Origin: Hemiscyllium ocellatum
Taxonomy: Eukaryota
Assembly (NCBI RefSeq): GCF_020745735.1
Contig: NC_083415.1
Coordinates: forward strand, 21,469,731 to 21,533,730
DNA length: 64,000 nucleotides
Direction: 5' to 3'
Of the stretch, positions 48,981 to 62,190 are shown piece after piece. Numbering within the stretch: position 1 is the stretch's first letter; the number at the start of each line of letters is the position of its first letter. The notes below the pieces were generated by a model, which was not told the DNA's origin, made no database searches, and saw only the letters and a program-made list of their open reading frames with translations. Position numbers and translations under genes: made by a program.

Positions 48981-49099
48981 CTTGAGGAGAGCTAACAAGG
49001 TAAGGAATTACACTACAAATAGTAGGATCCTGAATAGTATTGAAGATCAGAGGGGCATAGGGTGTATATATCACAGATTACGGTTGTTCTGTTCTTCTG

Positions 49100-51250
49100 A
49101 GGACTGTTTGTTCTGCTTGTATTTCCCTTAACAATCTTTGATTTGATATGGGTCTGCTCCTTTGTCTTAAGGTCTTGTGGGTCTTATGTTAAAATTTTCA
49201 CTCGATGTTTAGTGTTATATCACATCTGTTGCTTTCTCCTATAGTCATTTACTATCTTCTCCTTGAACTTCTCATGATTCTAAAACATCATGATGAGACT
49301 GCAATAAGGATATTATTATTTTTAGTCTTCTTCCATGGTATATTTCTGTCATTGATATCCATTGTTTGGAAATGTGTTGCTGTGACGTAATAATGCTAAT
49401 TCCCAATCTGCATTCTTGGTCATGAATAACTTCACATTTTTGGCCACTCTCTGCTTTGCCATTCACCTCTGGATGAAGTACAGAGAGAACTTATCACCTG
49501 GTTGCTACCTGACTCTGTGGCTGAATGTCTTGAATATTTGTTCACAAATTATGGACTGTTACCTAAAACCATGGTAAAAATTCATTTCAGTACTCCAATC
49601 ACTGATTCCTACTATAATTGCATGAATTCTTGAAACTTAGATTCATTGTAGTAGTAATCAACCAATAACAAGTGAGTCTTCCTTCTCATGTTACAGGATG
49701 AATATATTGCTAGCCTCTACAAAGGCTTAGCTGGATGTTTTGAAGACATTAATGATTCTGATGGCATTCAGATGTACGTGACACATGAGTGACAAACCTA
49801 TATAAAATTCTCCTTTTCTTTTGCAATGTCTGGTCATTTCATGGGCTGTGGAGTCTGAGTTCTGCTTTTGGTGATGCATAACTGTCCATTACTAAGTTGT
49901 TTAGGAATTCTTCCCTCATTGATTTGATATAACCAGCCTAAATTCATATATCAGCAGGTTTTCCACAATTATTGGATGTTTGTGATACTTCTTCAGAATT
50001 TGATCTGTTGGCCAAAATCTGGATCACCTATCTTGAAAATGTTATCTCATCATTGTGCACACTTCATTTGCTTCTGTACTGTTCAAAGTTCACTTAGCTT
50101 GGTCTTTGTCGCTAACAGTATATGGTGACTGCAGGAGAGTATTATTCCACCTTTTTCAAAGAGAATTCATTTTTCTTTGTTAGCCTGATCTTCCATTGTC
50201 TTGGATAAAATATCAGTGTAATCTATTCCTTGCTTGGGACATAGATAGTTACAAAGTTGTATGATATTACTTTAAGCTACAATATTTGTATTTTCAAGGA
50301 CATTTTTGCAAACTCTCCTCTGTTTTGACAAATAATTTTGACTCTGAATGAATCTGAGAAATGTTTGCATTCACTGGTAATGAATAATGTTTCTTTCTCA
50401 ATTTTAGCATATTTCTGTTCACTTCCGAAGTATGTGGATTTCCTAGTTCTGACCTTGAGTGGGAACTGCAACTAATTGTGGATAATGCATCCATGTCTCC
50501 TCAAATAAATAATCTGGATTATAGTGAACTAATACATCTACGGAAAGTAAATTCTCCTTAATCTTCTGAAAACCTATTGTCTGTTCCTGATTCCTTTACT
50601 ATTGTTGGCCTTGATTTAAAGTCTTTCTTATTGGTTCAGTGAGATGTGCTAAGTTAGCAATAAACTTTCCCACTTGGATCACTATTCCAAAGATCACTGT
50701 GCATCACTTATGCATTTCAGTTGTAGGATGTACTAATAAACCTCATCTTTTTAGGATCCAATGTTCTCATATGATGTGTCCAAAATGTGAAGTCTGCCTT
50801 TGAGAAATGGCACTTCTCATTGTGTGTAAGATCTGAACTTCGCAATGCTTGTTAGACTTCTTTCAACCTTGTTGTGCTCCTTTTTGGAATGATTGTGTAA
50901 CAATATGTTATCCATGTTACAGATTATGCATTAGTTGCTTTCAAAGATTCTGTGATAACACGCATTGAAAGATTCCTGGTACTGATAAAATTCCAAATGA
51001 TGCATTTTTGAAGTAGAACCATCCAAACGACGTGATAACTGTGGTTAAGAGTTTGACTCATAGTATGGGGATGGGAGGTATATGCCAAAATCCATTGATG
51101 AAAAATATGCCTTTGTAAATTTGGCAAAATGTTTTGTCAACTGAATAACTTGGATGAACTTCGCTTTGAAAATGTTTATTCAACTGAGGAAGATCCATGC
51201 ACAATCTTTAGTATTTCATTGTGCTTTGGTACTATTACTGGACATGAGTA
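49100..51250 (-). pseudogene. Ty3/Gypsy pol relic (RT, RNase H, integrase)
   Basis: SFGILSVPGIFQ and ICNMDNILL (RT), SEQKYAKIEKETLFIT…CKHFSD (RNase H), LLLVDYY and NGKAES (integrase), in Gypsy order. Confidence 0.8.
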
Positions 51251-51739
51251 CCATTGAGTCGGTTCTGTCACTGAGTATCAGATCCACCATGATCTCATTG
51301 AATGGTGAAACAGTCTTGATGGACTGAATGGTCTACACCTGCTCCTACAGTCTTACAGTCATATGGAAAAGTCATACGTGTGCATTGATTGGTCTTTTCG
51401 GCATCTAGTTTAACACCTTGAAAACAGGCACAGTAACAATTGACTGTCAGACTCTATTTTCAGAGCTAAATGATTATTAAATTGGCAATTAATTCCCAGT
51501 TTAGCCATAGGTAGTTGGAGGAATCAATTGAAATCTAAAATCAATGGCCTGACTGAGTCTAGCAAGGGTTTCACTGCAGTATAATAACAAATATTAGTAT
51601 TAGTATTGATTTCATCGTGATCTAATTAAGTGTTCTGAATTATGTTATTTATCGATAAACTGTTGTCATGTCACTGATTCCACATAAATAGACTTTTTAA
51701 TCACATCATCACTTATCTCGAAACATACCTTAGTTAAGC

Positions 51740-52556
51740 AAAGAAGGTTACCTCAGAGTAAAATGGAATCTTGATCAGATGGGCCAAAGGGCCAAGGAGT
51801 GGTAGGTGGAGCTTAATTTAGATAAATGCGAGGTGTTGCATCTTGCAAAAGCAAATCATAGCAGGACTTATACACTTAATGGTATGGTCCTGAGGAGTAC
51901 TGCTGAACAAAGACACCTTAGAGTAGAGGTTCATAGCTCCTTGAAAGTAGAGTTGCAGGTAGATAGGATAGTGAAGAAGGTGTTTGGTATGCTTTCCTTT
52001 ATTGGTCAGTGCATTGAGTACAGGAGTTGGGAGGTCATGTTGCAGCTGTACAGGACATTGGTTAGGCCACTTTTGGAATATTGCATGCAATTCTGTTCTC
52101 CTTCCTATCAGCAAGATGATGTGAAACTTGAAAGGGTTCAGAAAAGATTTACAAGGATATTGCCAGGATTGGAGAATTTGAGCTATAGGGAGAGGGTTAT
52201 AAAATTGTGAGGGGCATGGATAGGATAAATAGACAAAGTCTTTTCCTTAGGTTGGGGGAGTCAAGAAGTACAGGGCATAGACTTAGGGTGAGCTGGGAAA
52301 GATATAAAAAGGCCCTAAAGGGCAACTTTTTCACACAGTGGGTGGTGCATGTATGGAATGAACTTCCAGAGGAAATAGTGGAGGCTAGTGCAATTGTAAC
52401 ATTTAAAAGGCATCTGGATGGGTGTATAATAGGAAGGGTTTAGAGGGATATGGGCCAAATGCTGGCAAATGGGACTAGATTAGGTTCAGATATCTGGTCG
52501 GCATGGACAAGTTAAACCAAAGGGTCTGTTTCCATGCTATACATCTCCGTGACTCT
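51740..52556 (+). pseudogene. 5'-truncated CR1 LINE (same family as 44980-46465)
   Basis: ORFs 51806-52210 and 52207-52443 are highly similar to 45120-45995; 3' tail ends gactcta. Confidence 0.93.
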
Positions 52557-52889
52557 AAATGTTCTTGTTTAAATGCTCAGCATTTGTGTAAAATGCTGGA
52601 GCTGTAAAATTTCAAGTAATTTCTATGTTGGAATGATTTGAACTGATTCACAGAGAAATCCATGTTTTCTGTGCTGAGCATTTACTTGTTCAATTCATCT
52701 GGGTGAATGAAAGCAAGTATAAGTTTAGATCAAGATAAATGCTTGCTTTGTAGAATAAGCTGCTTCTCAGTAAAATATTAAGTCAAAAGAAGTTATTACA
52801 AATTTCATTGATCTTGCAATAGATATTCTCTTGGAGTTGGTAGTAATTGTTCATTTCATTTGATGTAATTTTCGAAAAAATCCTTGATG

Positions 52890-54195
52890 TTTGATTGGAA
52901 AATTGTCAATGCACCTCTATTCAAAATGGGAGGGAGGCAAAAGTAGGTAACTATAGGTCCATCAGCCTAACACCTATTGTTGGAAAGTTTTTGAATTAGT
53001 TATTCAGGAAGGAATAAAAGTTTTTGGAAAATCATAATCTGATCAAGCAGAGTCAGCTTGGCTTCATAAAGGTGAACTAAGTCTGACTAATTTATTATAG
53101 CTTTCTGAGTGAGTCTCAACCAGAGTGGATAGAAGGGAACTAGTGGATGTGTTATATTTGGTTTTTCTGAAGTTGTTCAACAGGTTTTAAGTCATAAGAG
53201 CCCAGGAGACTCTCAAAGATAAAGGAGTGGCCTACATGCACAGACTCAGAGGGGCAGGAATGTAATAATTGTAACAAGACAAGCCAGCTGGACCTCATAG
53301 AATAGAAGGTCCCTGATCTGGTCTAATCAGGAAACCTTGGCTGACACAAAAAGTTAGAAATACCAACAATCTGCTGCCTGATTCTGTATGAGGTAGCATT
53401 ATAGTCAAGGACTGTTCATGTGTAAATAAAAGGTGACTGTGTACAGTTCTGGTCACTCTGCTGTAGGAAGGATATTATTAAAATTGTAGAGAGTGCAGAA
53501 AAGATTTTACAAGGATGTTACCGGGACTGCAGGGTTTGGGTTATACGGAGAGGTTAGATAAGCTAGGACTTTCTTTCACTGGAACATAGGAGGTACAAGG
53601 GTGATCTTATAGAGAGATTTAAAAGATCATGAGGTGAATAGCAAAAGTTTTTTCCTTTGGGTTGGGGAATTCAAACTGAAGGGCATAATTTTAAGGTGAG
53701 AGAAGAAAGATTTAAAAGTGATACCATAATCATATATGCCTATGAATTCGGAGCAGGAGCTGACCACCTGGTTGTTTCAGCTTCAGCTGTCATTTATGGA
53801 TAATCTGACCATGATTCCATTCCATATCCCTTGTTACCATGATAACCAATGACTTCCTTGTCAGTCAAAAATCTATCTATCTCTGCCTTAGAAATGTTCC
53901 ACGACCTTACCTCCTCTGCTCTCTTGGGAAGAGAGTTCCAAGGACTCATGAAACAATGAGAAAAAGAATTCTCACTGCTGTCTTAAATGGGACATCCCTT
54001 ATCTTTAAAACTGTGTCCTTAGTTTTAGTTTCTCATCCAATCAGGAACATCCTTTCAGCACCTTTGTGTCAAGTGTGTCATCACACTTTTATATGTTTCA
54101 ATAACATCATCTTTCAATCTTCAATACACCACTGGGTACAGGCCGAGAATGTCTATCCTTGCTTTGTAAGAGAGTACCTTTATGCCAGGCATTAG
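52890..54195. mobile_element. Cluster of old CR1 fragments (+ 52890-53190, + 53440-53720, - 53730-54195)
   Basis: NYRxISLT, CVQFWS…LERVQKRF and 3' tail homologies. Confidence 0.65.
53270..53438 (+). mobile_element. Truncated LTR fragment
   Basis: TGtaacaag…gccagctggacctcatagaat…tctaatcagg…gtgtaAATAAA; LTR-like layout. Confidence 0.45.
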
Positions 54196-54269
54196 TTGAG
54201 ATGATAATTGAAGCTTTGTTAGACTTCTCAAATTGATGTATAAGCAACTGTATCGATTTCTGAAGCAAA

Positions 54270-54480
54270 GCGATTTGCTGGCCAACTTGACCCTTCAATC
54301 GATACCATCAAAACCAAACTTTGTAGTCACTTATCATAGTGTTGTTTGTAGATTAATGCTGTGCTTCAATTGGTTGTCATGTATAGCTATGTCAAAAGAG
54401 TGACTATAATTTTAGAGTATATCATCAACGGAAACTCTTTCAGATGACATTGTGAATGTTCCTCATCAATGCAGGGTCAC
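54270..54480 (+). mobile_element. Deu-domain SINE fragment
   Basis: ctggccaac…ccttcaa…tgttgtttgt…gctgtgc…aattggttg…agtgacta. Confidence 0.5.
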
Positions 54481-56139
54481 TTTCTTTCTACATTACTCAT
54501 TTGCCAGATATTGGACTGTTTCCATAATTTCCTTCCCTCTCCTTCAAAACTGCTTGTATCATAATATATTATTTCCATTGTGAGTTTGCAACATAATTAC
54601 TAAATTATCCTCAAAAGAGTTCAACTGCTCTCAGCTGAAAATTAAGGATTTCTTTCAGATAGACAATCAACAGTCACTTAGCCACTCCAACATTATTTGC
54701 ATAATAATGGAGACTTTTGAATAAGGTTATAAGAAAGTAAAGTTGGTCTGTTTTATTAAAAATGAGATTGCAAAGCTGTTTGCCTTTGATAATCAGATGC
54801 TTCTCTGTTTCATGTTAATGTACACACATGCATTTACTATAAATCAATATTTCATTTTTGAGTGTATTTCTATTGTGAGTTATGAATTTGTTTACTCTTT
54901 GGACAAAATTTACCCCATCCTGGTGCAGGTGTGAGCCACAATGATGAAGGTGGAAAAATGCAGAGAGAATGAAAAATCAGAATCATAATATCAAGCAAAC
55001 ATTTTGTGATTTTTTTTCCTCTGAAGCCTTAAATGGCAACTTCAAATATTCACAATTAAATAGCAACAATCTTATTTCTTTCAGCAAAGTGCAAAGTTGA
55101 TTTATTTGTGTGTCATTTTGAATTCTTGTCCCTTTCCCCAAAAATCTATATGACACAAATTCCCAATGTCCCAGCCATCATCCTATCCCTTATTCATAAC
55201 CAAGTCCCTGCATACTCCCTGGCTATTATCTTCCTTGACCATCTATCCATGCAAGCCAATATCTGTGAACCACCAGAATCGCCACATCGTAATACCTGCC
55301 CTCAGACTAATTCATGTACTATTTCACCTCTTCAACCCATCCAAATGCTCTTTGCATGGTAAACCTAATCAATGGGTTAAAGTATTATAGGGAGCAGACA
55401 GGAAAGTGAAGTCAAGGTCAAAAAGAGATTAGCCAGAATTATATTCAATAGTAGAGTAACCTTGAGGAGCTGAATTGCCTACTCCTGTTCCTAGTTCTTA
55501 TGATTTTACTGTAAACACTATCTTGGTGGCCACAGGGATATGATGGCTTCCCATCACTTCGTGCTCCAGCATTTAGCATAGTTTTGTAACAGTATCCCAG
55601 GCAGGATTTCTCTGTGATGAACGTGCACTTCATTCATTTGGATGAAATGACATTGAAGATGATAGACTTAGAGCTTCCTCTACCTCCTTTACATCCTGAG
55701 GGACACTTTACCTGTAACCTCTTCAAGTGGAAGCTGTTCAGCAATGCCTGCTAGTTTTGTGCTTGCTGGCACACCTGTTGCACCTCAGTATCCCTTTGTT
55801 TTTGTTGAACTGCAGCAACAATGATATTTCCTGGGTCTGCTGGATCTATGTTTCAATCTTTGAATGGACCTGGTCTGCAGAATGTAAGAATCAGACAGTT
55901 GTTAATAAGGTGGGCAATCAGCATTTACATGACTTACAACTAATGTTTTATTGCATCTTCTGACAGTGGGACATGGAGGACTCCAACAGGGAATGCAAAG
56001 GACCTTCAACATTTAGGATGTAATTTCTATGATTTTGCAATATTATGAAAATGCAGAGGGAATTTGCAAATGCTGTATGGTTATTGATACCTTATTTTCC
56101 CACCCCCACATGACACATGCAAGGCAACATTGCATTTAG

Positions 56140-56241
56140 GAGTGTTCTGAAGAAGTGTCACCAAACCTGAAACATTAACTCTGCTTTGTCTGCACAGATG
56201 CTGCCAGACCTGCTGAATTTATCCAGCAATTTCTGTTTGTC
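56140..56241 (+). mobile_element. Solo PLE terminal repeat with relic hammerhead
   Basis: GTT-CTGAAGA-…-GAAA-CATT-AAC; 10-bp TSD ttgcatttag at 56130-56139 and 56242-56251. Confidence 0.75.
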
Positions 56242-57773
56242 TTGCATTTAGAGCATGTTTCAAATACTTCAGTTCAAGGTGAAAGGACATCTGCTTTGTG
56301 TCTTTGTGCAGCCTGAGATCTTGAATTGTCTTTGTGAGTTGTGTCCCACAAGTGCATTTCATCTAGGCTTGCTTGCTCCATTCGTTTGATCTTTCATTAC
56401 AGTTTATCGGATAAAGGAATGTCCACCACACCAACCCCTTGACCACTAACATGTCCAGGTTCCTGTTTCTGAAACAGGGTGCTGGCTTTCCTTTCCTCCA
56501 TGCCATGTCCTTAGTGATAATAGCCGAGCATCACAGTTTTGACTTGCCGCATCCAAAGCTTTGTACAGCTAGTCTTTAAATAGGTCACCAGTGACATGAA
56601 TAGTGGAACGGTGTGGCAGAGGCATGGTCTTGTGTGTATTCAAGGAAGAAATCCACTTCCGTAACTAACAAAAAGCAAAGATTGCATGAGGAAAGTTATA
56701 AGCTGTGGACCAGACATCATGAATCTTACTCAACAGAATAGTTCAAGACAAAACAGGAAATGTTTACCCTTGTTATACATGTCATCAAGATTAGTCTGCT
56801 TACAATGGAAATGTCTTGTGAAGTCCTCTTCAATTTGTCTGTGCATTGCACGCTGGGAACCCCTGCAGTCATTCACGGTTGTTATATTCCAATTATTGAT
56901 GGATGAACAGAAGTGTTAAACTGCCACAATTATGAGTCGTGAGGTTGAGATTCATTTCTTTTTTTAATATATATAACTAACTCAATCTTGTATTAGTGTT
57001 TAACTATAGTATAAAGGAAGCTCAGCGATTTCGCTTTCTTGCTTTGGCAGTTGGAATACGGAATAATTTCCAGAGCAACTCTTCTCACTGAATGTCATTT
57101 ATTGCCAGTCAAGGTGAGTTTTAATGTTGGAATGCCACCCTGCATCACCTTACATCAAAATCTCCAGTTCTGCAGGTGGCTGAATTGGACAGCAGCTGCA
57201 CTACAAAACTAAAAATAAACCTAAAGCATGCCAGAAACAGAGATGTGACATTGCACTGAAATGCAAATTGAGTACTGACTAGCTTCAGAGTTTTGCAAAA
57301 AAAAAATCACAAGGAAATAACTTACATAGCCCAATTAATTTTACTGAATTCCTTCAACTAATATTTAGTTCATCTGAGGTTTGCCTTCATGACAGTCAGC
57401 AAGGTCCCTTCCTTTATTCGAGATCCTTTAAATCAACGATAAGGTAACTGTGTTGAAACGTTGTTTGATTTTTGGTAAACTAGAATATCAGCTTTACTGT
57501 GATTGCAAAGCAGTACACATCAACTAAGTAAAACTTTCATTTTGGTATCTTGTGTCTTCACCACATAGTTGGAAATTGGATGGAAAAGATCGACTGTTCT
57601 CTGAAGCCCACCTGATTTTTATTCAATTTGTTTTAATGGGTGGATTCTATAATGGGCAGGGCATTCACCACATTACAGCCTACAGAATGAAGATGAAGGT
57701 ATTATTTTATTTTATTGCACTATCTTAATATTATGTCATAATGATTCAATTCAACTGACAATGGCAGAGTAAT

Positions 57774-58072
57774 GGGTGGCACGGTGGCACAGTGGTTAGC
57801 ACTGCTGCCTCACAGCACCTGAGACCCGGGTTCAATTCCCGACTCAGGCGACCGACTGTGTGGAGTTTGCACATTCTCCCCGTGTCTGCGTGGGTTTCCT
57901 CCGGGTGCTCCGGTTTCCTCCCACAGTCCAAAGATGTGCGGGTCAGGTGAATTGGCCATGCTAAATTGCCCGTAGTGTTAGGTAAGGGGTATGGGTGGGT
58001 TGTGCTTCGGCGGGTCGGTGTGGACTTGTTGGGCCGAAGGGCCTGTTTCTACACTGTAAATAATCTAATCTA
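57774..58072 (+). mobile_element. HE1-type V-SINE, young
   Basis: A box tggcacagtgg, B box ggttcaattccc, V domain, (taatc)n tail; CpGs largely retained. Confidence 0.93.
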
Positions 58073-58639
58073 TCTTTGCTTCTTGCCTATTTCTCATGTA
58101 TGTTCTCTCTCAGCAATATCATCAAAAAGCTGACCCTTAGTTATCATGTAGTTTCTAATAACATCCAGTTGTGCCTCACCACTGTTATATAAGCAATCCT
58201 CATCAAAACTGTTTTGAGGCTGCCAATGTTATTACTCACTCTGGGATAGGTTTGCAACCAAGATCTTTTAAAGTAGGAATCTACAAGTCTCATCTGATCT
58301 GGTGGGTTGTGGAAAACTTGCTAACAAGTTATAGTTTATTGTATGTTAGCAAATACATGTAAGCCACACCGATGTGACAGACATTCCTCGAGACTGTGAG
58401 AAAGACCTGAAGGATTTGAAGACTTGCTCCTTCAGGATCCTGAGCTGTTATCTCACAAGTCTACATGACACCATTATAACGGTTGGCACTGAAAGCACTC
58501 CTCAGTGTTAACCCACTGAGACCTTTACAATCTTATTCCACCACCCAGTCTCTCTTGACACTTCCACCATTACTAAAATGTCAGATGTGGATGAACAGAA
58601 TTTTTCACAACTAATGATTGAATAGATAGAAGCCATTTC

Positions 58640-59440
58640 CTTCAGTTATCCTGACAATCTCTGTTCCCTAGCTCCTGACTCCATCTGTCTTCCTTGCAAC
58701 TATCTGAGACTAAACAAATCTGTATACAACTTGATGTCCCATTTAAACCAAAACTGACCTCTCAACCACATATTCACAGCATCACTAAGGCTGCCTAGTT
58801 CCATCTCTGCAATACTGCCCAAGGAGACAGCGAGGCTTGCAGATACTGGAAAAGTCAGGGTTGATAACGTGTGGCGCTGGAAAAAGCACAGCAAGTCAGG
58901 CAGAATCTGAGCAGCAAGAGAGTCGACGTTTTGGGCCTAACCCTTCTTCAGGACTGGGGAGAGGTAAGGGGGCTGAGAAATAAATGGTGGGGGGGGGGGA
59001 GATTGGGCTGGGAAAAAGGTAGTTGGGATGGCGATAGGTGGGTGAATGTAGCAGGTGATTGTAATAGGTCAGTGGTTAGATGTGAAGCAGATTTGTGGGA
59101 AGGAAGATGGACAGGTAGGTCAGGTCAAGACGACAGATCTGAGATGGAAGGTTGGATCTGGGATAGGGTGGGGAGTGGGGGGATTTGGAAATGAGTGAAT
59201 TCAATGTTGAGGCCATGTGGTTATAATCTCCCGAGGTGGAAGATGATGGGAGTTTGTGGGAACACTGCCCAACTTCACTGTTGCCTTAGCTTGTCTGTTG
59301 CTGAAATTCTTATTCATACCTTTGTTACCTCCAGAATTGACTACTTCAGTGCACTTCCAGCTGGTCTCCAGAAAACTCTCTCAGATACCATTCCCAGTGT
59401 CCTCTTTCTCACCAACTTCAGATCACCTGTCAACATGATG
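58640..59440 (+). pseudogene. L2-clade LINE RT C-terminal relic split by a PLE
   Basis: PHIHSITKAA*FHLCN | AQL…LSLSVAEILIHTFVTSRIDYFSAL. Confidence 0.75.
58823..59260 (-). mobile_element. 5'-truncated Penelope-like element (ORF tip, UTR, hammerhead terminal repeat)
   Basis: Reverse strand IIFHLGRL*PHGLNIEF; AGTC-CTGAAGA-A-GGGTTAGGCCC-AAAA-CGTC-GACT; TSD aatactgcccaa 58811-58822 / aacactgcccaa 59261-59272. Confidence 0.85.
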
Positions 59441-60164
59441 CTCATTAGCTCCCAATTAAGGAAAAGAATGCTAAATATTTATTGTTAAAATTATGGTTAC
59501 CATTGTATGGAATATTTAACATTTCTATAGAACATTTAACATCCTAAGCTGTTCTCACAAGAAGTCTATATGACATCATCATTGTAGATGGCACCTAAAG
59601 CAAATGTGTAAAACATCCCAATGTGCTTCACGAGACTGTTCCATTAAAGAAAAATCTTACATATGGAAACACTGAGAGATCACCGAACGCTTGAATAAAA
59701 TGGTCAGTATTAAGAAGAGCATGAAGGGAAGAGAAAGAGGTGAAGTGGTAGACAGTGTCTTTCAGGACTTAGGAGCAGGCAGCTTTATGACCACTAACAG
59801 AGAGGAAAGGAAAATCGAGGCTATGCAAAAGGCCAGAATCTCTCTCAAAGACACAGCACAGGCATTATCAATAGTTATCCTGACTGCCAAAATGACTAAT
59901 GCACTTGTGGCCAACTTACATCCCTGGCCGTGAAAGACTTCTAGATTTATCAACATGTGTCCTTAAAATATTACTATTTTTCATGTGCACTGATGCTGGT
60001 GACAGTGCATGTGGAGACTCACCTACCTTTATTTCAGGTTCTAATGGCTATTACGTATTGCACTTCTTCATATTTCTCTAGTTTCTATGGCTTATATAGA
60101 AGAAAGTAGTAGAAATTGCAACATGTAAAACTAAAGTAGAACTTCTACTTTAGATGTACTTTAG

Positions 60165-62190
60165 CAGCTCAAGCCTGAACATCCATGAGGCATTGTGGGC
60201 CAACAGCAACAGAATTGCACTTCAGCACAATCTGTAACCTTATGGTCGGGCACATCCACCACTCAACCATTACCATCAAGCCAGGGATCAACCTTAGTTC
60301 AATGGAGAGTGCAGGAGGGCATAGCAGGAGCTGCACCTCGTGCACCTGAAGATGACGTGTTAGCCTGATGAAGCCTCCGAACAGGACTACTTGCATGCCA
60401 AACAGATTAAGCAGCATGTGAAGCTATCCCACAACCAACAGTTCAGATCTAAGTTCTGCAGTCCTGTCACATTCAGTCAAGAATGGTGGTGGATTATTTA
60501 ACAACTCACTGGAGGAAGAGGCTCGGCTCCACAAATATCCCCATCCTCAATGATAGAAGACCCAGCATATCAGTACAAAAGATAAGGCTGAAGCTTTCAC
60601 AGCAATCTTCAGCCACAAGTGCCAAGTGGATGATCCATCTCAGTCTCCTCCACTGGTCTCCAACATTACGGATATCAGTCTTCAACCAATTTGATTCACT
60701 TCATGTGATATCAAGAAACGATCAGACGCACTGAATACTGCAAAAGCTATGGGCCCTGACAACATTCAGCAATAGTCCTGAAGACTTCTGCTCCAGGACT
60801 TATTGCTCCCCTTGCCAAGCTGTTCCAGTGGAGTTACAACATTAGCATGTTCCCAACAATATGGAAGATTGCCTAAGTATGTCCCTTATATAAAAAGCAG
60901 GACAAATCCAACCCGGTCAATTACCGCTCCATCAGTAAAGTGATGGAAGGTATCATCAACAGTGCTATCAAGCAGCACTTACTCAGCAATAACTTGCTCA
61001 GTGACACCCAGTTTGAGTTCTGCCAAGGCCACTCAGCTCCTGACCTCAATACAGATTTGTTTCGAAAATGGCAAAAGAGCTGAACTTCTGGGGTTAGATA
61101 AGATTTACAGCCCTTGTGATCAAGGTTGTATTTGACTAGCAAAATCATGGATATCAGGGGGCAAACCTGCCAGAGATTAGAGTCAAACGTGGCACATAGG
61201 AAGATGGTCGTGGTTGTTGGAGGTCATCTCAGCTCCAGGACATCTCTGCACCAAGCTCCTCAGGGTAATGTCCTAGGCCCAACCATCTTTAGCTGCTTCC
61301 TCAATGACCTTCCCTCCATTTACAGTGTGAAGTGGGGACCTTCACTGATGATTGTACAATGTTCAGCACCATTTGTGACTCCTCGGATACTAAAGCAGCC
61401 TATGTCCAAATGCAAAAGTCTGGACAATACCCAAGCTTGGGCTGACAAGTGGCAAGTAACGTTCGTGCCATAGAAATACCAGGCTATGGTCATCACCAAC
61501 AAGAGACAATCTAATTACCAGCCCTTGACATTTAATGGCGTTACCATCACTGAATCTCCCACTATCAACATCCTGAATGTTCTTATTGATCTGAAACTCA
61601 AGTGGACTCACCACATAAATGCAATGGCAACAACAGCATGCCAGAGGCTAGGAATACTGTGGCGGGTAATTCACCTCCTGTCTTCTGAAAGCCTGTCCAC
61701 ATCTACTGTGATGGAATACTCCCCACTAGTCTGGATGAATGTAGCCTCAGCAACACAAGAAGCTTGACACCACCCTGCTACATTTGCACTTTATGCACAC
61801 ACATCCACCCCATCCACCACCGATGCTCAATACACGCTGTAGTACTATCTACAGGATGCACTGTAGAAATTCACCAAAGATCCTCAGACAGCACTTTCCA
61901 AACCCACAACTACTTCCATCTAGAAGGACAAGGACAGCAACTATATGAGAACACCGGCACCTTCAAGTTCCCCTCCAAGCCACGTACTGTCCTGACTTGG
62001 AAATATATTGCCGTTCCTTTGCTGCATCAAAATCCTGGAATTCCTTTCCTAATGACATTGTGGGTCAACCTACAGCAGGTGGGCTGCAGCGGTTCAAGAA
62101 GGCTGTTCAACCCAACCTTCTCAAGGGGAAGTATGGATGGGCAATAAAGGCTGGCCAGCCAATGATATCCACATCCCACAGAAATAAATA
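60165..62190 (+). pseudogene. LINE family 2 (CR1 clade) ORF2, degenerate, with 3' tail
   Basis: KAMGPDNI, PQGNVLGPTIFSCFLNDLPS, AWADKWQVTF, MEYSPLVW, KSWNSFPN; tail gggcaataaa…cacatcccacagaaataaa. Confidence 0.88.

Noticed and set aside
57774-57850. tRNA genes
   Set aside because: The A/B boxes are SINE heads followed by the V domain; no complete cloverleaf
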